Positions 10,299-19,222 of a stretch of 26,577 nucleotides of DNA are shown here, piece by piece. The notes under the pieces were generated by a model that saw nothing but the letters and a program-made list of their open reading frames with translations, did no database searches and was not told where the DNA came from. Where the stretch lies: positions 1-26,577 of the IMG/VR virus record IMGVR_UViG_3300002180_000056. One strand, given 5' to 3'. This stretch comes from a virus. Lineage: Duplodnaviria; Caudoviricetes. Every line of letters begins with the position of its first letter. Position 1 is the stretch's first letter. A program made the translations under genes and the position numbers.

Positions 10299-12395
10299 AT
10301 GCCAACCCCACAAGAAAAGCTGGCAGCATTCCAAGAAATAGCAGACGCTAATCGACAAGGCGAGCTGCCGGCCAAGAATATGGCTATATTCAATGCGCTG
10401 GTAGAGAGCGGGGATATAGCTCTACCCAAAACAGCCGGAAGCCCAAGAGCTGCGAGAGCGCAACAAGCCCAACAGCAGCGGATAAGTGATCGCGACCAGT
10501 TTATAGCGTCATTACCAGCCGCCCAGAGAGAACAGATCGAGAATATGAGTCCGCTAGATGCGGCGTTTATAGCGGCGGGTGGTGGCCTTACTAATGTGAT
10601 GCGCGGCGTAGGCGTGATGGATCAGCCGGATGCTCGCGAGATTGAAGCAAAGCAACAGTTAGAGACTGCTTTCCCGACAGCTACTACAGTCGGAGAGGTC
10701 GCAGGCGAAGCAGCGCCGTTTATAGCGCCTGGACTGGGGGTGGCTGGCATAGTATCGACCCCGCTAAGGGTTGCTGGTACGGCGCTTCTAGGCGGCGCAG
10801 AAGGCCAAATAATAACAAGAGGAGCAGGCGGTAGTGTTGAGAATCAAATTATTGCGGCAGGTATCGGAAGCACTATCGCGGGTGCTATGGAGCTGGGTGT
10901 CCCTGTGCTTGGTCGCGTGGGCGGTAAAGTCTTTCGTAGGATAACAGGCAAATCGCCGAAAGGAGCCGTGATTGATGCGGCTGGCAATCCTTCTGATGAA
11001 TTTCTTGCAGCGCTTAGATCAGAAGGGTTAGAGTTTCAGGACGTTGTAGATGATTCTATCAAAGATCTCCGTAGGCAGGCGGTCGATCCAGAGGCAGCAG
11101 CGCGAAAATCGTTTTTAGAATCACAGGGACTGGTAGGAGACGCAGGGCCAACAAGGGCGCAAATAACCAGATCAGTAGATGATTTTGCCTTGCAGCAAGA
11201 GGCTCTCAAAAGCTCAGGACGGGTCGAGAAGCGACTAGCTGCTCAGGACAGGGTATTAACATCAAGATTTGATAATGCCATTGAGGAAACCGCCGGAAAC
11301 CCTTTTGCTCCTGTATCAAGCGTAAACGAATCGCTATTGAACAAAGCTAACGTCTTGGATGCTGAAATCGGCAGACTATACAAAGAGGCCCGTGAGTTAG
11401 CCCCTGGCGACAAGGTGGTTAGGTTTGACAACCTATCTAAAAAGATCAAAGAACTAGCTCCATTGAACGATAGGGCCGGTGGCAATATCCGCGCTGTATT
11501 CGGAACGATGCAAGAGAAAGGACTGTTGGATGATAATATAATCCCTACAGGACGGATAAGCATAGAGCAAACTGAGACGCAAATCAGGCAGTTAATGAAT
11601 GAACTGTACGATCAAAATATATCTGGTGGGGATATTAAAAACGCAGTTCTTAGGCAGATGAAAGACGCATTAGACGATGACGTTTTCGCTGCTGTTGGCG
11701 ATGATATGTTTGATCAAGCCAGATCAGCAAAGCATAGCTTTGAAACAGAATTAACCAGGGCCAAAATATCAAAATTCGATTCACGAAAAAAGAATATTGT
11801 TCGTGACATGCTAGAAAATAAAGACTCAGTGAATCCTGAAGTATTTACAAATAATGTGGTATTTACCAAGAACTGGAAATCAACCGACCTTCAGCAACTA
11901 AAAGACTATATAACCACAGAAGGGCATGGAAAGGCGGCATGGAATGATCTGCGCGCTGATGTATTGCAGAAAATTAAAGAGCGGTCGTTCATTGGGCCGG
12001 AAGATGGTAGCGGATTTCAGTCATTAAGCAGGGATAAGATAGGCAAAGCAATCTCAGCGGTTGGGGATCTTAAACTTGAGATTCTATTTTCTCCAGATGA
12101 AATTAAATTCCTAAAAAACATGGAGCGAGTAGCGAAGTTCAGAGAGCCTAGAAAAATGGTTGGCCAAGGCTTTGGGCCTTCGGCTAAAGCGGTTCTAGAG
12201 CTAGAAAAACAGATGACAGGCTTTCCGGTAGCTGGTGGGGTTTTCGGAGTTCTAAAGACCGACAGAGCAGGCCGACTAGCTACTAGGGCCAAGCCGTCAC
12301 GGTTATCGGTTCCTTTTGAAGGGTCGGTAGTAAGGCAGGCAATAGGGCTTGGTACAGCAGGCGCAGCAATTGACGCAACAGCAGGGGAAGAGTAG
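10299..12395 (+). CDS. DNA ejection protein (gp16-like position)
   Basis: 698 aa with a G/A-rich hydrophobic segment followed by a helical body; precedes tailspike. Confidence 0.65.
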   Translation: MPTPQEKLAAFQEIADANRQGELPAKNMAIFNALVESGDIALPKTAGSPRAARAQQAQQQRISDRDQFIASLPAAQREQIENMSPLDAAFIAAGGGLTNVMRGVGVMDQPDAREIEAKQQLETAFPTATTVGEVAGEAAPFIAPGLGVAGIVSTPLRVAGTALLGGAEGQIITRGAGGSVENQIIAAGIGSTIAGAMELGVPVLGRVGGKVFRRITGKSPKGAVIDAAGNPSDEFLAALRSEGLEFQDVVDDSIKDLRRQAVDPEAAARKSFLESQGLVGDAGPTRAQITRSVDDFALQQEALKSSGRVEKRLAAQDRVLTSRFDNAIEETAGNPFAPVSSVNESLLNKANVLDAEIGRLYKEARELAPGDKVVRFDNLSKKIKELAPLNDRAGGNIRAVFGTMQEKGLLDDNIIPTGRISIEQTETQIRQLMNELYDQNISGGDIKNAVLRQMKDALDDDVFAAVGDDMFDQARSAKHSFETELTRAKISKFDSRKKNIVRDMLENKDSVNPEVFTNNVVFTKNWKSTDLQQLKDYITTEGHGKAAWNDLRADVLQKIKERSFIGPEDGSGFQSLSRDKIGKAISAVGDLKLEILFSPDEIKFLKNMERVAKFREPRKMVGQGFGPSAKAVLELEKQMTGFPVAGGVFGVLKTDRAGRLATRAKPSRLSVPFEGSVVRQAIGLGTAGAAIDATAGEE

Positions 12396-12397
12396 GC

Positions 12398-14431
12398 ATG
12401 GCATGGTCACCGATCAGCGGAACATTTATACAATACAGCGAAGATGACGTAGACGCGAGTAGCTACTACCTGAAGTTTTACGCCGCTGGAACTACTACGC
12501 CAATTGTAATGGCTACTGATAGCACGGGCGGCACCACACTTGATAAGTGCCAGCTAGACACCGACGGGATGCCGATAAACGGCTCAGGTGGTTATTTAAT
12601 ACCGTACATTGACCAAAAATATAAATTAGTAATCTATCGCAACTCAACCGATGCCGATGCAAATACATTTGCAAATGCGTATAAAGAGATTGACGATATT
12701 GATCCGTTTATTACCTCGGTATCGGCAACGCCTATCCTGGTTGCCACAGTTGCAGTTATGACAGCAGATACAACGGCCACTATCGGGGATTATTACCAGT
12801 GTGCTGATTACGATACAGGTAATGATGCAGGGGTTCTTATATTTGAAATGGTGGCCGTTGGTGGTACGGCGGATAATCTGGGAGCTTTGTTTGATCACGA
12901 CACACTAGCTTTGCAATGCAAGCGTATTTTTAATTCAGTTGTAAACATCAAAGAATTCGGCTACCCCGGTGATGGAACAGATGCAGCAGCAGCGATTACA
13001 GCAGCAATAGCAGCTAAAAACGAGCTTACAGCGGAAGGGTGCGATCAGATAGGACTTAGCTCAACAGTAACCGTAACAAAGCACACTACACTTGATTTGA
13101 CTAACGTGGGCGTAATTCCATTAGTTGACGTTGATATGTTCCACGTAAACGAAGGCGGTCAATTGAAAAACCTAGATGCGCTGACTAGTGGCATTACCTA
13201 CACAAGCGTGGTTTCAACTTTAAAGCCTGTTGCAAATATCAGAGGGGGGCAGTACCGAACGTGGTTGAAAAGCGCAGTTATAGAGCACGCATCGGGCGGA
13301 GCTGGAGACAGTGTGCTATTTGACGCTACGCTGTTCTATATTCAAGAATGCAACGCTACAGATGTCAGTGTGTACTGGGGCAATAAAGCCGTAGCTATGA
13401 CTGCGGGGGCCGGTAAGTATTGTAATGGTAATGTTGTGAATGGGCTAATCACTCACGACCCTGTTTACTCGATCTATGAAGCAGATACCACCGAGACCAT
13501 CCAGGGGAACGTCTACTCTAGTGTAATCCTAGAAGATAATCTTAATGGCGCAACAGTACAGCTTAATACGGGAGCAAAAGTTGACGGGCAATTGTGGGAT
13601 AGAGTTGCTGTTATATTTAAAGGCGACTTCAACGAAGTAACCTCGCCTATTGGACTATTTAATGATGAGCTTATTGATGAGGGCTATAACAACCGGATTC
13701 GCGGGCAAGACGTTGCTGCCTACGAGAACAAACGAACAATACTGAAGTTTAATGATTACCGGAATAATCTTGTTGGGCTACGTGGTCGCGGTGAGTACCG
13801 TGATGATTTCATGGCAGGTAAGCTGGGTAACGAGACATTAGTCAATGGAACTGGGACTACAGCTTTTCAAGCTATTGAGTACGGATCATCCGCAAAGGCT
13901 TACGCAGGAATGAGGTGTATACTCACTACCCTTACTACTGCTACAGATAGCATGGATATGAGATGGCAGGATACAGCACTGCGTACAGGCCATGACCCGA
14001 TATACCACTGCACTGCATATCTAAGTGAAACGGCGGATACAAAATACCAGTTTGGGTTCTATAGGGACTCAAACAACTATATTCTGTTTGAGTCAGACGT
14101 AACTGCCGGAACCATCACTCCGCGAGTAAAAGCTGGCGGGGTAGAGACGGCGGGCACAGCCGTATCGGTGACATTTGGTCGTGTTTTTTGGATGAGCATT
14201 GTGGTTACTAATGATGAGGTTATTTTCAACATCGGAGAGGCCGCTATCTCTAGTAATAATATGGGGGACGGTATTTATAATTTCTCCGATGAGCAGACAA
14301 TAACAACAAACATCCCGACCGCTGAGGTGTTGCAGCCAAGGACGTACGTTGAGACAGAAACAGCCGCAGCTAAACAGCTATCTGTGCTAGATGTTCATGT
14401 ATCTTGGTGTCATGGGTATCTAGTTCCGTAA
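12398..14431 (+). CDS. Tailspike / tail fibre (receptor-binding protein)
   Basis: N-terminal 'LKFYAAGTTTP' virion-binding domain, then 'VNIKEFG..GDGTD...AI.AAI' entry to a beta-helix; last gene of operon. Confidence 0.8.
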   Translation: MAWSPISGTFIQYSEDDVDASSYYLKFYAAGTTTPIVMATDSTGGTTLDKCQLDTDGMPINGSGGYLIPYIDQKYKLVIYRNSTDADANTFANAYKEIDDIDPFITSVSATPILVATVAVMTADTTATIGDYYQCADYDTGNDAGVLIFEMVAVGGTADNLGALFDHDTLALQCKRIFNSVVNIKEFGYPGDGTDAAAAITAAIAAKNELTAEGCDQIGLSSTVTVTKHTTLDLTNVGVIPLVDVDMFHVNEGGQLKNLDALTSGITYTSVVSTLKPVANIRGGQYRTWLKSAVIEHASGGAGDSVLFDATLFYIQECNATDVSVYWGNKAVAMTAGAGKYCNGNVVNGLITHDPVYSIYEADTTETIQGNVYSSVILEDNLNGATVQLNTGAKVDGQLWDRVAVIFKGDFNEVTSPIGLFNDELIDEGYNNRIRGQDVAAYENKRTILKFNDYRNNLVGLRGRGEYRDDFMAGKLGNETLVNGTGTTAFQAIEYGSSAKAYAGMRCILTTLTTATDSMDMRWQDTALRTGHDPIYHCTAYLSETADTKYQFGFYRDSNNYILFESDVTAGTITPRVKAGGVETAGTAVSVTFGRVFWMSIVVTNDEVIFNIGEAAISSNNMGDGIYNFSDEQTITTNIPTAEVLQPRTYVETETAAAKQLSVLDVHVSWCHGYLVP

Positions 14432-14532
14432 GCTGCCGCGCATTTAACAAAATTCAGCATTAGCGCAATAGCGGGATAGCGGGATATTCCGGCCTGATCT
14501 ATTTCCTCGTTAATAGTGATGGCCGGTCTTAT

Positions 14533-15132
14533 TTAACAGTATGGCTTTAATCCAGCATCCCTTAGAATCTTTCTAAATCGGACGATCTCGTTTTTAATGT
14601 CGGTGTAGTGCGGTAATTGCTCTTTTAATGGTTTATGCGGCCCGTTCAGCCAGTCTAAGTGATCCTGGCCGTACTTATCTATGATGAATAGCTCGTACTC
14701 CTTACGCTTGCCAGAGCCGTGCTGATTGCATTCAACTGAGCATTGCTTGTGAATATTGGTAAGTTCAAACCTTAGTTCGGGGCTACTGCCCCTGCTAATC
14801 ATGTGGCCAGCATCATACTTAACGGACTGGCTAGTTTTCCCGCAAGTGCAACACCCAAGATTCTTATCTCGGACATGTACTACCCACTGATTCACAAGCT
14901 TTTGATATTGGTTTAGCCAGTCCTGCCTGCGCTTAACCCGCTCCTTATCGTCCCTCTGCTTTGATCTCAGGGCTTTTGCGTTCCTCATGGCGTCATTGGC
15001 AGCCTTTTTGCGTGAAAGCCTCTGGCCGTACTGAGAGGCGCATTCAAAGCTATGAAACCAGTTAAGCTGAACCTTAATCATAACGTCACGATCAAAGCGG
15101 TCAGGGCAACCTTTGCACTTTAGTTTTGGCAT
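14533..15132 (-). CDS. ninG: NinG/Rap recombination endonuclease
   Basis: N-terminal CxxC, 'VRD...CCTCG...YDAGH..SRGSSPELRF...NIHKQC..CN..GSG'. Confidence 0.9.
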   Translation of the reverse strand: MPKLKCKGCPDRFDRDVMIKVQLNWFHSFECASQYGQRLSRKKAANDAMRNAKALRSKQRDDKERVKRRQDWLNQYQKLVNQWVVHVRDKNLGCCTCGKTSQSVKYDAGHMISRGSSPELRFELTNIHKQCSVECNQHGSGKRKEYELFIIDKYGQDHLDWLNGPHKPLKEQLPHYTDIKNEIVRFRKILRDAGLKPYC

Positions 15133-15141
15133 TATTTGTTT

Positions 15142-15366
15142 CTACAGTCCAGGGACCATTTGTTTATATGTCCACTTTCTCAAGTTGAGCGCATTATTGA
15201 TAAAGTTATCTGAAGGTTTGTATTTCTCGTCTAGCTCTCTCCAATTTTCTTGGCTAAATATATAATAAAGCGCCCTTTCAGAATGTTTTTCAGTTACACG
15301 GCCTCTTATTGATAGAAGAATAGATAGCACAAATATTGTTTGGCTTATCTCATAAAGCATTTCCAT
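15142..15366 (-). CDS. Hypothetical protein
   Basis: 74 aa, upstream GAGG RBS. Confidence 0.6.
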   Translation of the reverse strand: MEMLYEISQTIFVLSILLSIRGRVTEKHSERALYYIFSQENWRELDEKYKPSDNFINNALNLRKWTYKQMVPGL

Positions 15367-15433
15367 TTCAATATCCTCTTAGTTAATTAATTGGCTACAT
15401 TCACGGACGAGGGTAGCCGTCCCCGTTTAATGC

Positions 15434-15520
15434 TTATTGTCCATGTTTACCCTTTAATATCCTAATATGCGGAAAGTGCGGAAAGTGCGGAATGTGTGCC
15501 GCTTATTACCGCTGTTATAG
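15434..15520 (+). other. Array-proximal attI-like / degenerate attC site, copy 1
   Basis: Near-identical to 22975-23052; ends in core GTTATAG (15514-15520); three TGCGGAA(A/T)G direct repeats; inverted repeat TAATATGCGG/CCGCTTATTA. Confidence 0.65.
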
Positions 15521-15739
15521 GTCAGCGCTCATATAAAACGTGTGTTTCATCGCTGCGCCGTACCCTATGTGAGCCATAATGTCGCCAGGCATAAACCACT
15601 CACAAATCCATCCCTTATATTGATACTGGTAAGAAGGCGAGTAGTATATGTATTTAGGTTCTTGATGGTGTTCTTCACAGTATTTATCCCACGCTTTTTG
15701 CGCAGATCCGTTCTTTCTTGGTCTTTCAAAATACTCCAT
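15515..15739 (-). CDS. Cassette A1 ORF, hypothetical
   Basis: 74 aa; TAA stop lies in the core site GTTA. Confidence 0.75.
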   Translation of the reverse strand: MEYFERPRKNGSAQKAWDKYCEEHHQEPKYIYYSPSYQYQYKGWICEWFMPGDIMAHIGYGAAMKHTFYMSADL

Positions 15740-15746
15740 AAGTCAC

Positions 15747-15808
15747 CTATAACAAGGGCGCTGAAATTCGACTCCGCTACGCTGCGCGATTTAGCTGAAG
15801 CGTTAGCT
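15747..15808 (+). repeat. attC site A1 (62 bp)
   Basis: CTATAAC...GTTAGCT imperfect palindrome; three differences from 23859-23919 between the cores. Confidence 0.9.
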
Positions 15809-16003
15809 GTCTAAAAGCGCCTTCAAGTAATAGATAGGAACCATATCAATCATGCCGTCACTTATACGAACAAATATTGCACATGTTCTTGAATCCCCTC
15901 CTTTCGTGTAGCCATCAATATATCCGGCATCAAACTCCTTCAGCTCAGTTTGATGTATATCCCTAGTTAATTGCGCTATGGTTTTTCCTTTTGGTATTTT
16001 CAT
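15803..16003 (-). CDS. Cassette A2 ORF, hypothetical (66 aa, start revised)
   Basis: ATG at 16003 preceded by GGAGG; stop in core site. Confidence 0.7.
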   Translation of the reverse strand: MKIPKGKTIAQLTRDIHQTELKEFDAGYIDGYTKGGDSRTCAIFVRISDGMIDMVPIYYLKALLDS

Positions 16004-16018
16004 TATCGTAGCCTCCAC

Positions 16019-16077
16019 AGCTAACAAGAAATTCAAGCCGACCTCGTACCTCGGCGGTTTAATATTGGGCGTTATAA
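16019..16077 (+). repeat. attC site A2 (59 bp)
   Basis: AGCTAAC AAGAA ATTCAAGCCGAC...GCGGTTTAAT ATTGGGC GTTATAA; aadA-type 59-base-element layout with unpaired C and A on the + strand. Confidence 0.95.
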
Positions 16078-16236
16078 ATCATCATGCGCCCTATACTTCT
16101 TGGCAATAAACGCCCGTTCTACATGTATCATCACCGCCGCCCGATCCTTTGCCGGAACCTGCGTTTCGATATAGTTCCGGCGCTCTTCTCTTGATTTTAG
16201 TTTAAGGCACTGTAGCGCGTAGTGCCTCGGCCACAT
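16072..16236 (-). CDS. Small phage protein, 54 aa (not in ORF track)
   Basis: MWPRHYALQCLKLKSREERRNYIETQVPAKDRAAVMIHVERAFIAKKYRAHDDL; GGAG RBS; stop lies in the last core site of array A. Confidence 0.75.
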   Translation of the reverse strand: MWPRHYALQCLKLKSREERRNYIETQVPAKDRAAVMIHVERAFIAKKYRAHDDL

Positions 16237-16244
16237 TATCTCCA

Positions 16245-16580
16245 TCAGAATGCAATGTCGTCATCAAATTGATTTGGTGCTTGGTTTTGTTGATAGCTGC
16301 CCTGCTGCTGACCTTGCGCCGGTTGATTCTTGGTATTTTCCGAGTTCCAAAAAACATACATTTTTACAGGGCCGGTATGACCTAATGGCATAACGTCAAT
16401 TTCAACCTCTACATTTGGTGCGCTTGATCCCTGTCGAGCAGGCCATAGCGTAGCTCTGCCAACGGTCGCATATCGATTTTTCATTGCTGGCTGTCCGTTT
16501 TGCCCTGTCTGGCTGGTCTGGTACTTTTCAGCAATTACCGCTACACGGCCTTTGTCTAATGGTGCGTTGTTGTTTTGCAT
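16245..16580 (-). CDS. Putative single-stranded DNA-binding protein
   Basis: Short beta domain, Q-rich linker, acidic tail 'FDDDIAF'; near the Sak recombinase. Confidence 0.65.
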   Translation of the reverse strand: MQNNNAPLDKGRVAVIAEKYQTSQTGQNGQPAMKNRYATVGRATLWPARQGSSAPNVEVEIDVMPLGHTGPVKMYVFWNSENTKNQPAQGQQQGSYQQNQAPNQFDDDIAF

Positions 16581-16597
16581 GTTATTTCCCTCGTTAT

Positions 16598-16837
16598 TTA
16601 TGATTTGCTTTGTCGTTTTGAGTCTCTGGCTGCGCGACCACCGCGAGATCGTGACTTTTCAGCCATCTTCTTTTTCTCTTCGGCAGATATAGGGCCACCG
16701 TTCATTTTATCTAGCCTACGCTGAACATCAGGTGGTAGTACCTCTTTGATCTCTGTACTGCCTACCTTTTCAATCTTGCCGCCTTTGGCTTCAAACTCTG
16801 CTGTTTGTTTTTTAATCTCTTCACTGTCTACTGCCAT
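16598..16837 (-). CDS. Hypothetical protein
   Basis: 79 aa, 'AEFEAKGGKIEKV' motif, GAGG RBS. Confidence 0.65.
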   Translation of the reverse strand: MAVDSEEIKKQTAEFEAKGGKIEKVGSTEIKEVLPPDVQRRLDKMNGGPISAEEKKKMAEKSRSRGGRAARDSKRQSKS

Positions 16838-16848
16838 TACTATTCCTC

Positions 16849-17061
16849 CTAGTTACTCGTTGATCCACCGCGCACTAGAATAAGAAAAATAACCGCAACC
16901 CAGTAACTCCACAAGCTATGATCAATATAAAATTTAGAGCCTCCTAATTCTGCAAGGCTATTAATTGACCATAATAGCAATACAGGGCCAATCAAAAACA
17001 GCAAGCAAAAAAGCCATATAAGTGATCCAGCGCCTAAAACCATAGTGATAAATTCTTTCAT
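16849..17061 (-). CDS. Small membrane protein
   Basis: 70 aa, two hydrophobic segments, GAGGAG RBS. Confidence 0.7.
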   Translation of the reverse strand: MKEFITMVLGAGSLIWLFCLLFLIGPVLLLWSINSLAELGGSKFYIDHSLWSYWVAVIFLILVRGGSTSN

Positions 17062-17080
17062 TGCTGATACTCCTCGTTAT

Positions 17081-17362
17081 TTAATATTCTTTATCACAAA
17101 TAGAGCAAAATGTATAACTATTGCCCATGCTTGTTTTTGTAATCATATCGTGTGGGTATCCGTTAAGCTCACAACAGGGTGCCGTGTGATATGCGCCGCT
17201 GGTATGCTCTGTCCTTACCCCTCGCTTACCGTAGAACTTGTGACCACACTCCCCGCATTCAAGCTCATGCCGTCTATTTGGGGTCATTGGGCCTGGTGTA
17301 TGCACTCGCCTGCAATAAGGGCAAACTGGCTTATCAATATTAAATACGTCGGTATAGGTCAT
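17081..17362 (-). CDS. Cys-rich (zinc-ribbon-like) protein
   Basis: CPYC, CGEC and CSIC motifs. Confidence 0.65.
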   Translation of the reverse strand: MTYTDVFNIDKPVCPYCRRVHTPGPMTPNRRHELECGECGHKFYGKRGVRTEHTSGAYHTAPCCELNGYPHDMITKTSMGNSYTFCSICDKEY

Positions 17363-17841
17363 TACTTAATCCTTAAGCTAGGTTTACTTACACCAAGTTC
17401 CGCCCCGTCTACACTGCCAGCCTTTAACGCTTCAAGCAATGCGCGCTTATCGATAGATTTAACTATTTTTTCGTTAGTGAATTTACCTAGTTTCTTTTCG
17501 TCTGTGATCGTCACAACCTGTCGGCCTTTCACCCTAGAAACTTTGAATAAATCAAATTCGTGCTTTTCTCCATCCTCCATATTCATCACAAGCCATTCCT
17601 TAGTTCTTAGCACGGCTTTTTCTTTAGAGTCTGATAGCTCTTTAAGCCTGTCAATTTCAGCTTTGATTACTACAGAGTCAGATTCAAGGCAGTTGATCAC
17701 AAAAGCACATGATTCGATCTTCTTATCACGAGCCTCTGATATACCACTCAAATGATCATCAACATCCTGCATGGTTAGATCGGTGTTTTCGACCAGCTCC
17801 AATATGCCCTGCTGCTCTTGTGTTAGTTCGCGTAAATTCAT
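17362..17841 (-). CDS. Siphovirus Gp157-family protein (start revised to 17841)
   Basis: 'KIESCAFVI..LE....IKAEIDRL', 'IDK..L..ALKAG.VDGAEL....LRIK'; ATGA overlap with the Sak gene. Confidence 0.8.
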   Translation of the reverse strand: MNLRELTQEQQGILELVENTDLTMQDVDDHLSGISEARDKKIESCAFVINCLESDSVVIKAEIDRLKELSDSKEKAVLRTKEWLVMNMEDGEKHEFDLFKVSRVKGRQVVTITDEKKLGKFTNEKIVKSIDKRALLEALKAGSVDGAELGVSKPSLRIK

Positions 17842-18389
17842 TTTACTTCTTCCCCTTTTGGTTTTCGCTGCCCCCACTGAAACCGAACCATCCCAGTAGT
17901 ATCTTTTGCGGCCAGCCAGTTTAATTTGTTTTCTGTGAACTCTGAATACCAGTGCCATTCCTTCAACTTTAGGTCGTATGACTGCTTAGGCTTCTTATTG
18001 CCGTCCATGTACCATTCGTTGTCTTTTAGCTTCAACTCTATAACTGGGTAGTCGTAAAGCTCCCTACCTATACCCCAATTAAAGCAAGCCCGCTTGAATG
18101 AGTCACTAGCCAGCCCTTTAGCTGCCTCGGTATTTGATTCTGTGCCAGTATCTTCTTTCTGCACCCACTCTTTTTTTTCATCGCACCATATCGATACCAC
18201 GCAATTATGGTTGCCGTTTGTGTGCCTGCGCTGCCAGTTTGTCGGCCCTACAGCCTCATCTAAGCGTTGCTGGTCAACCCTAGCGTCTTTGTAAGCCAGT
18301 ATAACTGCGTACCCGCTCTTCTTAATCCGCTGAACTCTAAAGTCTATCTGGTTGGCTGATAGCGGATCAGTTAAGTTTTCTATTGCCAT
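17838..18389 (-). CDS. Rad52/22-family (Sak-like) single-strand annealing protein
   Basis: 'LAYKDARVDQQRLD..VGP.NWQ', 'KGLASDSFKRACFNWGIGRELYDYP'. Confidence 0.9.
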   Translation of the reverse strand: MAIENLTDPLSANQIDFRVQRIKKSGYAVILAYKDARVDQQRLDEAVGPTNWQRRHTNGNHNCVVSIWCDEKKEWVQKEDTGTESNTEAAKGLASDSFKRACFNWGIGRELYDYPVIELKLKDNEWYMDGNKKPKQSYDLKLKEWHWYSEFTENKLNWLAAKDTTGMVRFQWGQRKPKGEEVK

Positions 18390-19191
18390 TGTAAAGTTCC
18401 GTTATTGTCTTTTGCGTTTTTCTTTGTTCGGCCTCGTACTGGTGGCTGTATCCATCGTTGTACGGTTTAGATTTTTCGGTATGCGGTATCCCGTCTTTGC
18501 AATCCCTTATGCCTTGTAGATAATCCTCTAGATCGCTCATTTGTAATGCCCTTTTTTCGTCTTTTTTGATTAAACCGTTGGTGGTGTGCTCTAAATTATT
18601 ATCAATCACATATTGATCGTAGGCTTTTGCTGCTTCTAGCTTATCTTTATGCCGACCAAGATAGATGGTCTTGCTATTTACAGTGATTTCTGCTTTCCAC
18701 TTGCTGCTTGACTTGTCAAAAAAAACCCCGCGATATCCGCTGGTGTTGGTTGCAATCAATATCCTTTTGTTTCGCTGTTGAACAGATTGCGTTGTAAACC
18801 TGCAATTATCAGGATCGTAATTTCCGTCATTGTTGATTCGATCAATTGTTAGGTCGTCGTTGTAGCCGTTAGATTCAGCCCATCCACGAAACGCTGCGAA
18901 ATCATACCATTCATCACAAATCTTGATTCCACGCCCTCCGTGGCTTTTATAAGACCGATGGTTTTCATTGTTGCAGCGCTGCTTAATGTTACTCCATGTT
19001 TTATACAGTCGTGTTCCGACCCCGCCGTGGGTGATGTTGACACACGACTTACATGATTCCGATATAAGCCCGCTATGAATCCTAACCTCGCAGCTTGTCG
19101 TGCAAACCGGACAGAGGAAAAGGCCATACCTAGACTTTTGCTTAGATGTCGCGGTTGCATATCGCATGTCTAGCTTTTTGATTAGTTGCAT
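18367..19191 (-). CDS. HNH-AP2 homing endonuclease, in frame with a 57 aa downstream ORF
   Basis: 'GGRGIKICDEW', 'LTIDRINNDGNY.P.NCR', AP2-type 'NTSGYRGV...W.A.I....YLG.....EAAKAYD'. Confidence 0.88.
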   Translation of the reverse strand: MQLIKKLDMRYATATSKQKSRYGLFLCPVCTTSCEVRIHSGLISESCKSCVNITHGGVGTRLYKTWSNIKQRCNNENHRSYKSHGGRGIKICDEWYDFAAFRGWAESNGYNDDLTIDRINNDGNYDPDNCRFTTQSVQQRNKRILIATNTSGYRGVFFDKSSSKWKAEITVNSKTIYLGRHKDKLEAAKAYDQYVIDNNLEHTTNGLIKKDEKRALQMSDLEDYLQGIRDCKDGIPHTEKSKPYNDGYSHQYEAEQRKTQKTITELYNGNRKLN

Positions 19192-19222
19192 CTTAGAACC
19201 CTATCCCTCTATCGGATGAACA

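Larger units (their letters stand above)
15514..16077 (+). mobile_element. Integron-type cassette array A (2 cassettes, no integrase)
   Basis: GTTRRRY-ORF-attC units; each cassette's first 9 bp are the exact reverse complement of its inverse core. Confidence 0.85.

Noticed and set aside
268-12898. Short minus-strand and nested ORFs within the structural operon
   Set aside because: Fully overlap well-supported + strand genes; treated as shadows.
12398-14431. Diversity-generating retroelement, given the BPP-1-like capsid genes
   Set aside because: No reverse transcriptase and no template/variable repeat pair seen near the tail gene.
14432-14532. Bidirectional terminator between the convergent arms
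   Set aside because: Only a long-loop CCGGCC/GGCCGG stem and an ATAGCGGG tandem; no convincing hairpin plus U-tract.
15542-15814. + strand ORFs 15542-15814 and 23764-23949 sharing 'ALKFDSATLRDLA'
   Set aside because: The shared peptide is just translation of the duplicated attC; both are shadows of minus-strand genes.
17045-17755. 236 aa + strand ORF
   Set aside because: Antisense shadow of the Gp157 and Cys-rich genes.
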